Shown: positions 22,256-31,711 of the stretch, piece by piece
Position numbering within the stretch: position 1 is the first letter of the stretch
How the letters are laid out: the number at the start of each line of letters is the position of its first letter
Assembly: GCF_900232105.1 (NCBI RefSeq)
Contig: NZ_LT934425.1
Span: forward strand, 630,001 to 662,000
DNA from: Candidatus Kuenenia stuttgartensis
GTDB taxonomy: Bacteria; Planctomycetota; Brocadiia; Brocadiales; Brocadiaceae
DNA: 32,000 nucleotides
Reading direction: 5' to 3'
Program-made: the position numbers and the translations under genes
The notes under the pieces: generated by a model
What the model was told of the DNA's origin: nothing
Seen by the model: only the letters and a program-made list of their open reading frames with translations
Databases searched by the model: none

Positions 22256-22363
22256 TCGGTATCATAATTCCGAATAATATTAAACGGAAAATAAAATTAC
22301 CATAACTTTTGCAGGCTAGTATGTTTTAGTGTTTTGTAACCGGCAGTTGATACAGCGGTTAAT

Positions 22364-24341
22364 CAGGGTCGCGTCAAATTCTTATTTAACCAATTACAAC
22401 GGATGTTCACCCCTGCCAAAACGCATAAGTGCTTAATACATAGTTTGTTAAGGCTGTATTTTTAATAAATATGTAGTCACTAATATATTGTTATTATCCG
22501 ACAATATACTTGACTGATAATGGTTGTTATCTGTACAATGGTGGACATGCATATTGTAGAGAACAAGTCAAAATCCGGTAAAAAAATCTATCGATCTACC
22601 CTTCTGCGGGAATCGTACCGTGAGGATGGGAAGGTCAAGAAACGCACCATTGCGAATCTGTCGAATTGCACTCCCCTGGAGATTGAAGCGATAAGACTTG
22701 CACTCGCACATAAAGACGATCTCTGTGCATTGGGCGCATTGTCAGAATCGGTGAAACTCCATGAGGGTTTGTCTGTGGGAGCAGCGTGGAGCGTGTACCA
22801 AGTGGCAAAGGAATTAGGGATAGAAGAGGCATTGGGAAAGGACTTTGAAGGAAAGCTGGCGCTTTGGCAAGTAATGGCAAGGGTAATAGGCCGGGGGTCA
22901 AGACTGTCTGCAGTAAGGCTGGCGCAGATACATGCTGCGGGTGACGTCCTGGATATGAAGCGTGGGTTTGACGAGAACAATCTGTACGATAATTTGTCAT
23001 GGTTGTCAGAGAATCAGGCAAAGATAGAGCGAAAGCTGTTTGAGTTAAGACGAGGAGGCAATAAGCCGAAGTTGTTTTTGTATGACGTGACGAGCAGTTA
23101 TTTAGAGGGGAAGTCGAATCATTTTGGTGAGTACGGGTATAATCGTGACGGCAAAAAGAGGAAAAAACAGATAGTGATCGGTATGCTTTGTGATGAATCC
23201 GGGGAGCCGGTATCAACAGAAGTATTTAGGGGTAACACCCAGGATCCGAAGACCTTTGAATCTCAGGTAAAGAAGGTATTAGAGCGGTTTGGATGTAAAG
23301 ATGTAACGATTGTAGGAGATCGTGGGATGATCAAGACGGTGCAAATCGAAAGTTTACCGGAAGGGTTTCATTACATAACGGCGATAACTAAGCCGCAGAT
23401 AGAGTCGTTGATAAATAAAGGGATACTGCAATTAGGATTGTTCGAAGAAAAGCTCTGCGAGATAAAGGATGATGAGGTTCGATATATTCTGAGGCGCAAT
23501 CCGGTAAGGGCGGAAGAGATGTCAAAGACCCGTGTATCAAAATTACAGAGTATAGAGAAATACATCGTGAAGAAGAACAGTTATCTGAAGGAACATCCTA
23601 AGTCGTCAGTATCGAAGGCACTGGAAACAACAAGGGAAAGGCTAACGAGATTGAAACTTGATGGGTGGGTGCAGATAAAAGAAGAGGATAGGACGCTAAA
23701 GATAGAGAGAGATGAGGAAGCATTAAAGGAGGCATCATACCTTGATGGTTGTTACGCAATCAAGACTGATCTTGAGGAGAACGAGGCGGATACCAATCTG
23801 GTACATGAACGATACAAGGATTTAACGGAAGTGGAGAAGGCGTTTCGGGACTGTAAGACGGTGAATTTGGAGGTTCGTCCGGTGTATGTAAGAAAGGAGG
23901 ATAGTACACGGGGACATGTGTTTGTGGTAATGCTTGCGTACATGATAATTCGAAGGCTGCGCAGAGCGTGGAAGAATTTTGACTTGACGGTAGAGGAAGG
24001 TCTCGCACAATTGACGACCATTTGTTCGATGGAAGTAACAATCAAAGGCCAAAAAGCTAGTTGCCAGAAGATCCCGCGTCCGCGGCAACAATCACATGAA
24101 TTATTAGAGGCATTACAGATAAAGTTGCCAGAAGTATTGCCAAGCCGGAACATACGGGTAGTCACTAGAAAAAAGCTTGCTGTTCGGCGTAAAAGTCAAT
24201 AAATATAAGGCTTTTACGGCACTTTTGTTTTTTGACTTGGGGTGAACATCCGTTACAATATAAAGAATTACCTCGAATCTAAAAAACGGCTTGTTTATGG
24301 TAATATCAAAACACTTCAACACGGACTTTGACGTGGCCCTG
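22364..24341 (+). mobile_element. Intact IS1634-family (IS4 superfamily) insertion sequence (1978 bp)
   Basis: Outer IRs CAGGGTCGCGTCAAA (22364-22378) and TTTGACGTGGCCCTG (24327-24341) match 13/15. Perfect 9-bp direct repeat GCGGTTAAT at 22355-22363 and 24342-24350. Inner IR pair AACGGATGTTCACCCC (22398-22413) and GGGGTGAACATCCGTT (24239-24254). Confidence 0.85.
22520..24202 (+). CDS. IS1634-family DDE transposase
   Basis: N-terminus MHIVENKSKSGKKIYRSTLLRESYREDGKVKKRTIANL is typical of the family. DDE context LFLYDVTSSYLEG, TIVGDRGM, YKDLTEVEKAFRDCK. The true start is probably ATG 22550 (MHIVEN). Confidence 0.9.
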   Translation: MVVICTMVDMHIVENKSKSGKKIYRSTLLRESYREDGKVKKRTIANLSNCTPLEIEAIRLALAHKDDLCALGALSESVKLHEGLSVGAAWSVYQVAKELGIEEALGKDFEGKLALWQVMARVIGRGSRLSAVRLAQIHAAGDVLDMKRGFDENNLYDNLSWLSENQAKIERKLFELRRGGNKPKLFLYDVTSSYLEGKSNHFGEYGYNRDGKKRKKQIVIGMLCDESGEPVSTEVFRGNTQDPKTFESQVKKVLERFGCKDVTIVGDRGMIKTVQIESLPEGFHYITAITKPQIESLINKGILQLGLFEEKLCEIKDDEVRYILRRNPVRAEEMSKTRVSKLQSIEKYIVKKNSYLKEHPKSSVSKALETTRERLTRLKLDGWVQIKEEDRTLKIERDEEALKEASYLDGCYAIKTDLEENEADTNLVHERYKDLTEVEKAFRDCKTVNLEVRPVYVRKEDSTRGHVFVVMLAYMIIRRLRRAWKNFDLTVEEGLAQLTTICSMEVTIKGQKASCQKIPRPRQQSHELLEALQIKLPEVLPSRNIRVVTRKKLAVRRKSQ

Positions 24342-24353
24342 GCGGTTAATAAC

Positions 24354-24381
24354 TTGCCAAAGAGATATTTTTTGTTATAAT
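24354..24381 (+). promoter_or_regulatory. Sigma-70-like promoter with extended -10 for grpE-dnaK
   Basis: TTGCCA (24354-24359), 16-nt spacer, TGTTATAAT (-10 TATAAT at 24376-24381). Begins 3 bp after the IS target duplication. Confidence 0.5.
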
Positions 24382-24430
24382 TTAAATTTTAAAATTTCAG
24401 AGCCCCTTTTTGACTAAAAACATTAAAATA

Positions 24431-25093
24431 ATGTCAAACGAATCAGAAAAAAAACTTGATAAACTTGAAGATGATAAAGAAGCAACTCCTGAAGGGAAGT
24501 ATGCTTCGCCGTCCGATACCGAATCAGAGAGTAAGAATGGTGGTGATCCAGAATCGAATGAGATTGAAGTTGTTCAACCATCAGAGGTACTGTTTGCGGA
24601 ACAGCAGGCAATAGTACAATCACTAAAACAAGAATTAGATGAAAGTAGAAATAAGATTGGTGAACTTCAGCATTCCGTACGCAGACTGGCGGCTGATTTT
24701 GACAATTACAAGAAGTGGGTCGCAAAAGAACGCCAGATAGTTGAACGTACGGCAACTGAATCACTCATTAAAAAATTACTCGATATTTACGAGAGTCTTG
24801 AAAAAGCTGCTGCCACTAACGATGAATCCATGGGCAAGGAATTCAAAGAAGGGATAAAATTAATTTATAAAGAATTTTCCCGTGTGTTAAAATCTGAAGG
24901 ACTAGAGCCTATAAAAGCGGAAGGGACACAATTAGATGTCTGTAAACATGAGGTTTTGATGCAGATGGTGAATGATGAGGCGCCGGAGAATACCATATTG
25001 CAGGAAATACAAAAGGGGTATTTGCTAAACTCCCTGGTTTTAAGACCTGCAAAGGTAGTGGTATCACAAAAATCGCAAAAAGAAGAGACTTAA
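24431..25093 (+). CDS. grpE: Nucleotide exchange factor GrpE
   Basis: LRRLAADFDNYKKWVAKE signature, long acidic/coiled-coil N-terminus, C-terminal beta domain GYLLNSLVLRPAKVVV. ATG 24431 preferred over the track TTG 24410 (neither has a strong SD). Confidence 0.92.
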   Translation: MSNESEKKLDKLEDDKEATPEGKYASPSDTESESKNGGDPESNEIEVVQPSEVLFAEQQAIVQSLKQELDESRNKIGELQHSVRRLAADFDNYKKWVAKERQIVERTATESLIKKLLDIYESLEKAAATNDESMGKEFKEGIKLIYKEFSRVLKSEGLEPIKAEGTQLDVCKHEVLMQMVNDEAPENTILQEIQKGYLLNSLVLRPAKVVVSQKSQKEET

Positions 25094-25141
25094 GGAACTG
25101 AAAACACTAAAAATTAGGAAGAGATTAAAGGAGAATAGGAT

Positions 25142-27010
25142 ATGTCAAAAATTATTGGAATAGATTTAGGCACAAGCAATTCTGCCGCTGCGGTATTAAT
25201 AGGTGGTAAACCGACTATTATCCCAAGCGCTGAAGGGGCGACCATCGGAGGAAAGGCATTTCCTTCCTATGTTGCTTTTACAAAAGACGGGGAAAAACTT
25301 GTAGGCGAACCGGCAAGGAGGCAGGCCGTTAGCAATACAGAGGGCACAATATATGCGATAAAGAGAAAAATGGGGACCGACTATAAAGTCGAGATTAGGG
25401 GAAAAAGTTTTACTCCTCAACAAATTTCCGCATTTATTCTGCAAAAAATCAAACATGATGCTGAAGCGTATCTGGGAGAACGTGTTGAAAAGGCGGTAAT
25501 AACGGTTCCTGCATATTTTAATGACAACCAACGTCAGGCAACAAAAGACGCCGGTACTATTGCAGGACTCGACGTGGTGAGGATTATCAATGAACCTACT
25601 GCGGCGTCATTGGCATATGGATTAGACAAGACGGAAGAGTCTCAAAAGATTCTTGTTTTTGATCTGGGCGGTGGTACTTTGGATTGCACCATCATGGACT
25701 TTGGCCAAGGCGTATTTGAGGTTGTTTCTACCAGCGGCGATACCCAACTAGGCGGCACGGACATGGATAATCATATTGTTGATTATCTGGCAGAGGAGTT
25801 TAAAAAGGAATTTGGCATCGACCTGAAAAATGACAAGATGGCAATGCAGAGATTGAGAGAGGCGGCAGAAAAGGCGAAAATAGAACTCTCCACAACACTT
25901 TCCACAGATATTAACCTTCCGTTTCTTACGGCGGATGCTTCCGGCCCAAAACATTTTACACATTCCATGACGCGGGCAAAAATAGAACAACTGGTTTCTC
26001 CAATAGTTAACCGGTGCGGCGCTTCTATAGAACAAGCATTGAAGGATGCGAAAATGACGGCGAACGACATCTCCAAAATCATCCTCGTAGGAGGCCCTAC
26101 CCGTATGCCATGTGTTCAGAAATATGTGGAAAATTACGTGGGAAGGAAAATTGAACGCGGAATTGACCCTATGGAATGCGTTGCTATGGGCGCAGCCATA
26201 CAGGCGGGTGTTTTATCAGGAGAGGTAAAGGACCTTGTATTGCTGGATGTAACTCCGCTTTCTTTGGGCATTGAAACGCTTGGCGGCGTTACCACTCATT
26301 TAATAGAAAGAAATACCACTATTCCCACAAAAAAGAGCCAGATTTTTACCACTGCAGAAGATAATCAGAGCAGTGTTGAAATACACGTTCTTCAGGGCGA
26401 ACGTTCCATGTCGCGTGACAATGTAACCCTTGGAAAGTTTCATCTTACCGGGATACCTCCGGCGCCAAGAGGGGTTCCTCAGGTAGAAGTATCTTTTGAT
26501 CTCGATGCAAACGGCATAATTAACGTACATGCGAAAGATCTTGGGACAGGAAACGAACAGAAAATTACAATAACCGCTTCAACAAAACTGAGCCAGGAAG
26601 AAATTGATAAGATGGTCAGAGATGCGCAGAATTACGCCGACCAGGATAAACTGGTGAAAGAAAAGATAGAAATAAAAAACAAGGCGGATAATCTGGCGTA
26701 TAGCGCAGAAAAAACATTGAAGGACCTGGGCGATAAAGTAGAGAGTGCACAAAAACAGCAGGTAGAAAATGCAATCAAAAATCTGAGAGAAGCAATCAAA
26801 TTGGAAGACGAAAAAGACATCCAGAAAAAGATGGATGAATTAACAAATATCCTGCAGGAAATCAGTACAAAGATTTATCAGGAAGCTGCAAAGAAAGAAG
26901 GCCCACAGACGCCTCCTCACGGCGGCGGTGAACAGGAAGAAAAGGGTGGTGGAAAAGGCAAAGGGGGCGAAGATGATATCATTGACGCCGATTATGAAGT
27001 AAAAAATTGA
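25142..27010 (+). CDS. dnaK: Molecular chaperone DnaK (Hsp70)
   Basis: [26 protein letters not shown], and a Gly/Glu-rich C-terminal tail. SD AAAGGAGAA upstream. Confidence 0.97.
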   Translation: MSKIIGIDLGTSNSAAAVLIGGKPTIIPSAEGATIGGKAFPSYVAFTKDGEKLVGEPARRQAVSNTEGTIYAIKRKMGTDYKVEIRGKSFTPQQISAFILQKIKHDAEAYLGERVEKAVITVPAYFNDNQRQATKDAGTIAGLDVVRIINEPTAASLAYGLDKTEESQKILVFDLGGGTLDCTIMDFGQGVFEVVSTSGDTQLGGTDMDNHIVDYLAEEFKKEFGIDLKNDKMAMQRLREAAEKAKIELSTTLSTDINLPFLTADASGPKHFTHSMTRAKIEQLVSPIVNRCGASIEQALKDAKMTANDISKIILVGGPTRMPCVQKYVENYVGRKIERGIDPMECVAMGAAIQAGVLSGEVKDLVLLDVTPLSLGIETLGGVTTHLIERNTTIPTKKSQIFTTAEDNQSSVEIHVLQGERSMSRDNVTLGKFHLTGIPPAPRGVPQVEVSFDLDANGIINVHAKDLGTGNEQKITITASTKLSQEEIDKMVRDAQNYADQDKLVKEKIEIKNKADNLAYSAEKTLKDLGDKVESAQKQQVENAIKNLREAIKLEDEKDIQKKMDELTNILQEISTKIYQEAAKKEGPQTPPHGGGEQEEKGGGKGKGGEDDIIDADYEVKN

Positions 27011-27136
27011 TGATACTATTCCTTTGCCGGTGAGGTTCTTCGAAGAATAATGACGGAGGTATTTTATAAAAATACGCTGTCCGCATTAAAGGTTTGCAAA
27101 GAAATACCCGTTTTAACGATTGCTTTTGAAAAATCT

Positions 27137-27188
27137 AATCCCCAACTACTATTTTTATTCTTATTTGAAGAAATGGTAGTTGGGGATT
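27137..27188 (+). terminator. 13-bp perfect-stem hairpin downstream of dnaK (terminator candidate)
   Basis: AATCCCCAACTAC (27137-27149) and GTAGTTGGGGATT (27176-27188) with a 26-nt loop, followed by TTGTGTTTCT. The long loop lowers confidence. Confidence 0.35.
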
Positions 27189-27285
27189 TTGTGTTTCTAT
27201 ACTTAGTGGTTAAGTGGCCAATTGGGATTTTACAGGCTGGTTTGGGTTGTAAACCTGAACCCGCCGGGGTCTTACTCATTCTGTG

Positions 27286-27306
27286 TAATCTGTGAAATCT
27301 GTGGTT
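27286..27306. repeat. Second copy of the 21-bp motif TAATCTGTGAAATCTGTGGTT
   Basis: Identical to 5222-5242. Lies 33 nt upstream of the cbiB ATG. Confidence 0.85.
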
Positions 27307-27338
27307 TTTCTTTTATTAATTAATGATTTCTACTAATA

Positions 27339-28325
27339 ATGTATGATTCCTTCTCTTTTATCCATTTCCAGATAATTGCCGCATTCATACTTGATATAAC
27401 TATTGGCGATCCACAATGGCGTTTTCATCCCGTAAGATTGATAGGGAAATCTATTCATTGTATAGAATATATCGTGCGTAGATTGCCTCTGCCGGAAAGG
27501 TTGATGGGGTTGTTTTTAACCGGCGGCATTGTGTCCGGCGTGTATATAATCACCTGCGAAATTATGTCCCTTTCTAAACAATGGAACCCGGTATGTCAGG
27601 TAATAACGGGAGGTATTATTGTTTATTTTGCGATTTCCATAAAAAATCTGGCAGATGAAGCAAAAAAAGTGATCAACATGCTTCGTATAAATGATTTAAA
27701 AAATGCCAGAAGTATGTTATCCCGCATTGTGGGACGCGATACAGCAGATTTAAACAGAGAACAAATAATACGCGCAGCTATAGAAACGGTGGCAGAGAGT
27801 TGTGTTGATGGCACTTTAGCGCCATTATTTTATTGTTTCATTGGAGGACCGGTCGCAGCGATGACCTATAGGGCGGTAAACACGCTGGATTCTATGGTTG
27901 GATATAAAAACGAAAAATATATAAAGCTTGGATGGGCGTCAGCGAGATTGGATGATATGGCAAACTACATCCCGGCAAGATTATCTGCCTTGTTTATTCC
28001 TGTGGCTTCTTTTTTATGCGGGCATGGTTTTCAATCCTCTTTAAGGACGGCTTTTCAGGAAGGAAGAAAACATGAGAGCCTTAATAGCGGAATACCCGAG
28101 GCTGCTTTTGCAGGTGCATTGGGGGTTCAACTGGGAGGGCCAAGCACCTATGGGGGTGAAGTTGTGGATAAACCCTATATCGGCGATAATAAAAAACAGT
28201 TAACACTGGAATCGCTGGAAATGGCGTTAAGGCTAATGTTTGTCACGTCCGTATTGTTTTTGATAAGCGGATTAAGTTTCATCATGATGGTCCGGGTTTT
28301 GGCAACGACGCAGCATTCGAGGTGA
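27339..28325 (+). CDS. cbiB: Adenosylcobinamide-phosphate synthase CbiB/CobD
   Basis: N-terminal signature IGDPQWRFHPVRLIG, polytopic membrane profile, conserved central SRIVGRDT and AAIETVAES regions. Confidence 0.88.
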   Translation: MYDSFSFIHFQIIAAFILDITIGDPQWRFHPVRLIGKSIHCIEYIVRRLPLPERLMGLFLTGGIVSGVYIITCEIMSLSKQWNPVCQVITGGIIVYFAISIKNLADEAKKVINMLRINDLKNARSMLSRIVGRDTADLNREQIIRAAIETVAESCVDGTLAPLFYCFIGGPVAAMTYRAVNTLDSMVGYKNEKYIKLGWASARLDDMANYIPARLSALFIPVASFLCGHGFQSSLRTAFQEGRKHESLNSGIPEAAFAGALGVQLGGPSTYGGEVVDKPYIGDNKKQLTLESLEMALRLMFVTSVLFLISGLSFIMMVRVLATTQHSR

Positions 28326-28449
28326 CATGAAAATGCCGTTCCTGCCCCCTGATTCAGAAGGATAAATTCCAGCAGAAATCAAAAATCCTTTAGCGGGTTC
28401 ACATGCAATGCGTCTTTCCAAAAATATTGAAATTCCTATACATTAAATT

Positions 28450-29259
28450 ATGAACTGTACTAAGCATTTTTTGGAAACATTAGACCCAAGGGCAAAGATC
28501 ATATCCCTTTTTTTTATTGTTTCCTGCATGGCCTTAACGCCGATGAGCAGGGCGAAGGATTTTGGAGTATATTTTTTGTTAATACTTGCAATCTTTTTAT
28601 TTTCCGATATTTCACCAGCCCGGTTATTGCAAAAATTTCATTTTGTCCTGTTTCCCATCACCGTATTGCCTTTTATGCTACTGTTCATTCTTTTTTTAAG
28701 AAGAGCATTTATTTGTTATTTTATCAAAGGAAGCTGTTCGGCAGTAAGTATTGCGAAAGAAGAAATATGGACTTTTTTGTGCTTTATAATCAAACTTGAT
28801 TTATCTATAGTATTCATTGTTGTTGTATCAGTAACTATGTCCTATACAGATTTTTTGAGAGGAGTGGAGAAATTATATATACCACGGGCACTTGTATTAC
28901 GCATGGTATCTGCTTTGTATCATATCATTCAATTAATCAATAACAGTAAGAGGCTGTTGCGGTTTGAAATGTACCGTTTTATCGGCTTTAAACACCGGAG
29001 AAAATTAAAAAAATATATCCCTGCCCCATTTACATTATTTGACAAAAGACCTGATTCTCCCGGAAAAGACCATAGTGTATTATGTATTTGTGCTGGCGGA
29101 GAAATGTACAACACGGCGCATTTGCGGTTTTCCTATAAGGATTTTTTGTTTATGATAGGCGTAATCATCATGCTGGTATGCATCGTTTCCGGAGTAATTT
29201 ATAAAATAGAAAACATTAAAATATCACACTCACATTTATGGCAAAATTTACAGATATGA
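28450..29259 (+). CDS. Divergent EcfT/CbiQ-like transmembrane protein
   Basis: N-terminal LDPRAKIISLFF and the central T..FLRGVEKLYIPRALVLRMVSALYHIIQL.. follow the CbiQ/EcfT layout. However, the usual Ala-Arg-Gly coupling motifs look degenerate (FEMYRFIG). No ecfA/cbiO or cbiM nearby. Confidence 0.5.
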   Translation: MNCTKHFLETLDPRAKIISLFFIVSCMALTPMSRAKDFGVYFLLILAIFLFSDISPARLLQKFHFVLFPITVLPFMLLFILFLRRAFICYFIKGSCSAVSIAKEEIWTFLCFIIKLDLSIVFIVVVSVTMSYTDFLRGVEKLYIPRALVLRMVSALYHIIQLINNSKRLLRFEMYRFIGFKHRRKLKKYIPAPFTLFDKRPDSPGKDHSVLCICAGGEMYNTAHLRFSYKDFLFMIGVIIMLVCIVSGVIYKIENIKISHSHLWQNLQI

Positions 29260-29349
29260 TTACTTCAAAAAGTTAAAGATTCGCGGTTACAATCTCTTTT
29301 TATCAACATGAGGCATCGACTCACCGGATATTAAAGGAAGAATTCTGAC

Positions 29350-30150
29350 ATGGAAATAAATTCTAATAAAGGACGCGTTTGTTACACAGAAGACATTTGT
29401 GCTGACGGCATATGTTGTTTTATGAGCATTCCCAGGAAGCAGAATCATTTGGGCATATGGAAACATATCTTCAGGAAAAGAAGCGCTGCGTATGGCATAA
29501 AATTGCTTTATACCGCCCTTCACGCAAAGGATATTGTTTATAATCCATGCAAGTGCCTGGAGTTTTATTTAACATGGAAAGATGACGCATCCGATGATAT
29601 GCAGATACTATTGCGATGCGCTGCGTATGGTAAAAAGCGCAGGCCGTATGTATGCAAGGCATTTCCCGACAGGAAAGATAGTTTTATGCACGACGTCCCG
29701 GCACCTTGTATTTACAACGAGTATATTGCCCCTGAAGAATATGTCAGATTGAAACACACACACGTTTTCCGTCTTTTTTATGCCATCAAAGACGACCAGG
29801 CTCTTTTGCGCAAAATCTCTCCCCATTGTTCAGTCGATGATACACGGAAAAGACTAGATCAGTGTAAAGATAGTGTAAAAATAAGTGCCATCTGGAATGA
29901 AAAACCTTCGGAATATTTTCTAATAGAAGTACCAAAGGTTCCATCTATTCTCTGCACTTCAGAAGTACACCCCGTAATAAAAACGATACGGCAGGCATAC
30001 AATCGCTGGACCGGACATATTGAGACATGGCTGGAAAAGCATTATGGCGATAAATGGCATACTTATTTGGAACAGGCGCTTGAAAACGAAGATAACAGGC
30101 CTGGCAGAAAAAAGAAGGAGAAAATATTCAAAAGCAAGATGACAAAATGA
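29350..30150 (+). CDS. Cys-rich hypothetical protein, possibly YkgJ/UPF0153-like (CxxCxxCC-type metal-binding family)
   Basis: CYTEDICADGICC near the N-terminus and RCAAYGKKRRPYVCKAFP resemble the two Cys blocks of the YkgJ family (C..Y..RP..C..FP). The C-terminal half is unassignable. Start uncertain. Confidence 0.45.
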   Translation: MEINSNKGRVCYTEDICADGICCFMSIPRKQNHLGIWKHIFRKRSAAYGIKLLYTALHAKDIVYNPCKCLEFYLTWKDDASDDMQILLRCAAYGKKRRPYVCKAFPDRKDSFMHDVPAPCIYNEYIAPEEYVRLKHTHVFRLFYAIKDDQALLRKISPHCSVDDTRKRLDQCKDSVKISAIWNEKPSEYFLIEVPKVPSILCTSEVHPVIKTIRQAYNRWTGHIETWLEKHYGDKWHTYLEQALENEDNRPGRKKKEKIFKSKMTK

Positions 30151-30207
30151 AACATCCATGAACCTTTGGTTCACAAACATGTAGTAAAATAAATAATCCA
30201 CAAATTA

Positions 30208-30296
30208 CCACGATTTCCACAGATCAGGAGAAGATTAAAGCGGTTTTTTATCTGCGCTAATCGTTCGACTCACGACGAAGTCTGCGAAATCTGCGG
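30208..30296. repeat. Degenerate inverted pair of the ATCTGTG-AAATCTGTGG motif
   Basis: CCACGATTTCCACAGAT (30208-30224, inverted) and TCTGCGAAATCTGCGG (30281-30296), between two convergent genes. Confidence 0.5.
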
Positions 30297-30412
30297 ATAA
30301 GAATTATTTTAAGGAAGCAAACATTTTACTATGTATACTGTACTATCATATGCACTGCAAATTTTTTCAAAAGAGTAAGGTGTTGCAAAATCGTAAGCCT
30401 CTTGATTATTCC

Positions 30413-31534
30413 TTATGCATAGTATTCAAGCAGTACATTTAGTATCTCTTTTGTGTTTGTTTTGCTTTTATCAAATATTACTTTCCCATAAGGCTCTCTT
30501 GGCCCCCATCTGTCAAAGTTTGGTTTGGAAAAAAGAGCGATAGTTTTCGTCCCTACTGCAACTGCAAGATGCATTGGGCCTGAATCAGGAGTTACTATGA
30601 CCTTACACTTTGATACTAAGGCAGCTACTTCGCGCAATGTGGCATTTTTTATGTATAAGGCAGATCCTATTACCGATTGTATACATTTTTCATTTCCCAT
30701 CTCTTCTGGCCCTATAAATATTACCATGGGGATATGCCGTGTTCTCAGATTCTCTGCAATAATACCAAAACTTTCCAGATTCCATGCCTTTCCTTTTTTT
30801 TGTCTGCCGCCGGTAAATATGCCAATCGGTTTCTTAAATGAATCTCCGAAATGCAATTTGAAGAAATCTTCTGCCCTGAGCTGTTCTTCCGGTTTGAGTA
30901 TAATTTTGCGTTCATCAAAAGCTGCTATCCCTATTTGTTGCATACATTCCCGGATTTGATCTACCTTGTGACGCGATTGTGGATGTTTAAAAACAGAGGT
31001 AAACAATATATTGCCATCGTTTCGCATACACCCGATGCGATGCCTGGTTCCGGATGCATATGTGATATAGGCGCCCAGTGAATTAGTCGCCGTGCTTAGA
31101 TGAATGGCTGCATCGTACTTTTCTTTTCGAAGTATTGTAATAAGACGCCATAATCGATGCGGAAGCACAGTGTCTATTCGTTTGATAGTATGAATTTGTT
31201 TTATGGCATATCCCTCCAGTATGGATTTTGCATGCCTCCCCCCAACAAAACAGAATTGCACATTTGGCAGGGCTTTAATAAGCGCTGATACAGCGGGGGT
31301 AACCAGGATAGTATTCCCTAAACGTTGGTTTACGGAAACAAGCAGTATCTTCTTCATTGCATACAGGTTGGGCAAAGGTTCAACGCCAACATGCATCATA
31401 CGTGCAAGAGCCAGTAAAAAGATACGGCGAATACTGAGTTTCAGGCAGCGCAGAAAACTTGAACGTTTGAAATGTTTCCCGGATAAAGCGAGACCAAATT
31501 CATCTTTTAAAACAGGGGTATATTGCTTTTCCAT
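30413..31534 (-). CDS. Glycosyltransferase family 9 (heptosyltransferase-like)
   Basis: MKKILLVSVNQRLGNTILVTPAVSALIKALP and VTPDSGPMHLAVAVGTKTIALFS are GT9 hallmarks. The true start may be the internal ATG near 31357 (MKKILLV). Confidence 0.85.
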   Translation of the reverse strand: MEKQYTPVLKDEFGLALSGKHFKRSSFLRCLKLSIRRIFLLALARMMHVGVEPLPNLYAMKKILLVSVNQRLGNTILVTPAVSALIKALPNVQFCFVGGRHAKSILEGYAIKQIHTIKRIDTVLPHRLWRLITILRKEKYDAAIHLSTATNSLGAYITYASGTRHRIGCMRNDGNILFTSVFKHPQSRHKVDQIRECMQQIGIAAFDERKIILKPEEQLRAEDFFKLHFGDSFKKPIGIFTGGRQKKGKAWNLESFGIIAENLRTRHIPMVIFIGPEEMGNEKCIQSVIGSALYIKNATLREVAALVSKCKVIVTPDSGPMHLAVAVGTKTIALFSKPNFDRWGPREPYGKVIFDKSKTNTKEILNVLLEYYA

Positions 31535-31711
31535 CTTTTCCTTTGATTACTCGTTTAAAAGAATATGTCACAATAAATGACAACTCTTATACCAGGCAAA
31601 CATTAAGGGTTGATGAAGAAGACATGAAGAAAGCTTAATGTGTAAGGCAATTGATACATCAATCAAGGGAAGCGTTGGTACCGCTTAAGATACGTGTAAC
31701 TAAAAAACAGG

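Noticed and set aside
6581-24341. Two IS elements bracketing 14 kb as a composite transposon
   Set aside because: The elements belong to different families (IS1380 vs IS1634). Each has its own intact TSD, and the intervening genes are housekeeping.
24351-24430. CIRCE (HrcA operator) in front of grpE-dnaK; also searched at 19594-19970
   Set aside because: Nothing resembling TTAGCACTC-N9-GAGTGCTAA is present at either locus.
27011-27338. Possible cobalamin riboswitch upstream of cbiB
   Set aside because: I could not find a B12-box-like core (AGYCMGG.GACC.GCC) or the GCCACUG element on either strand. The region is explained by a hairpin and the 21-bp repeat.
28300-28315. TGGCAACGACGCAGCA with correct GG-N10-GC spacing, 135 nt upstream of the EcfT/CbiQ-like ORF
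   Set aside because: The -12 region is CAGC rather than TTGC. The site lies inside the cbiB coding sequence and no EBP is associated. Too weak to call.
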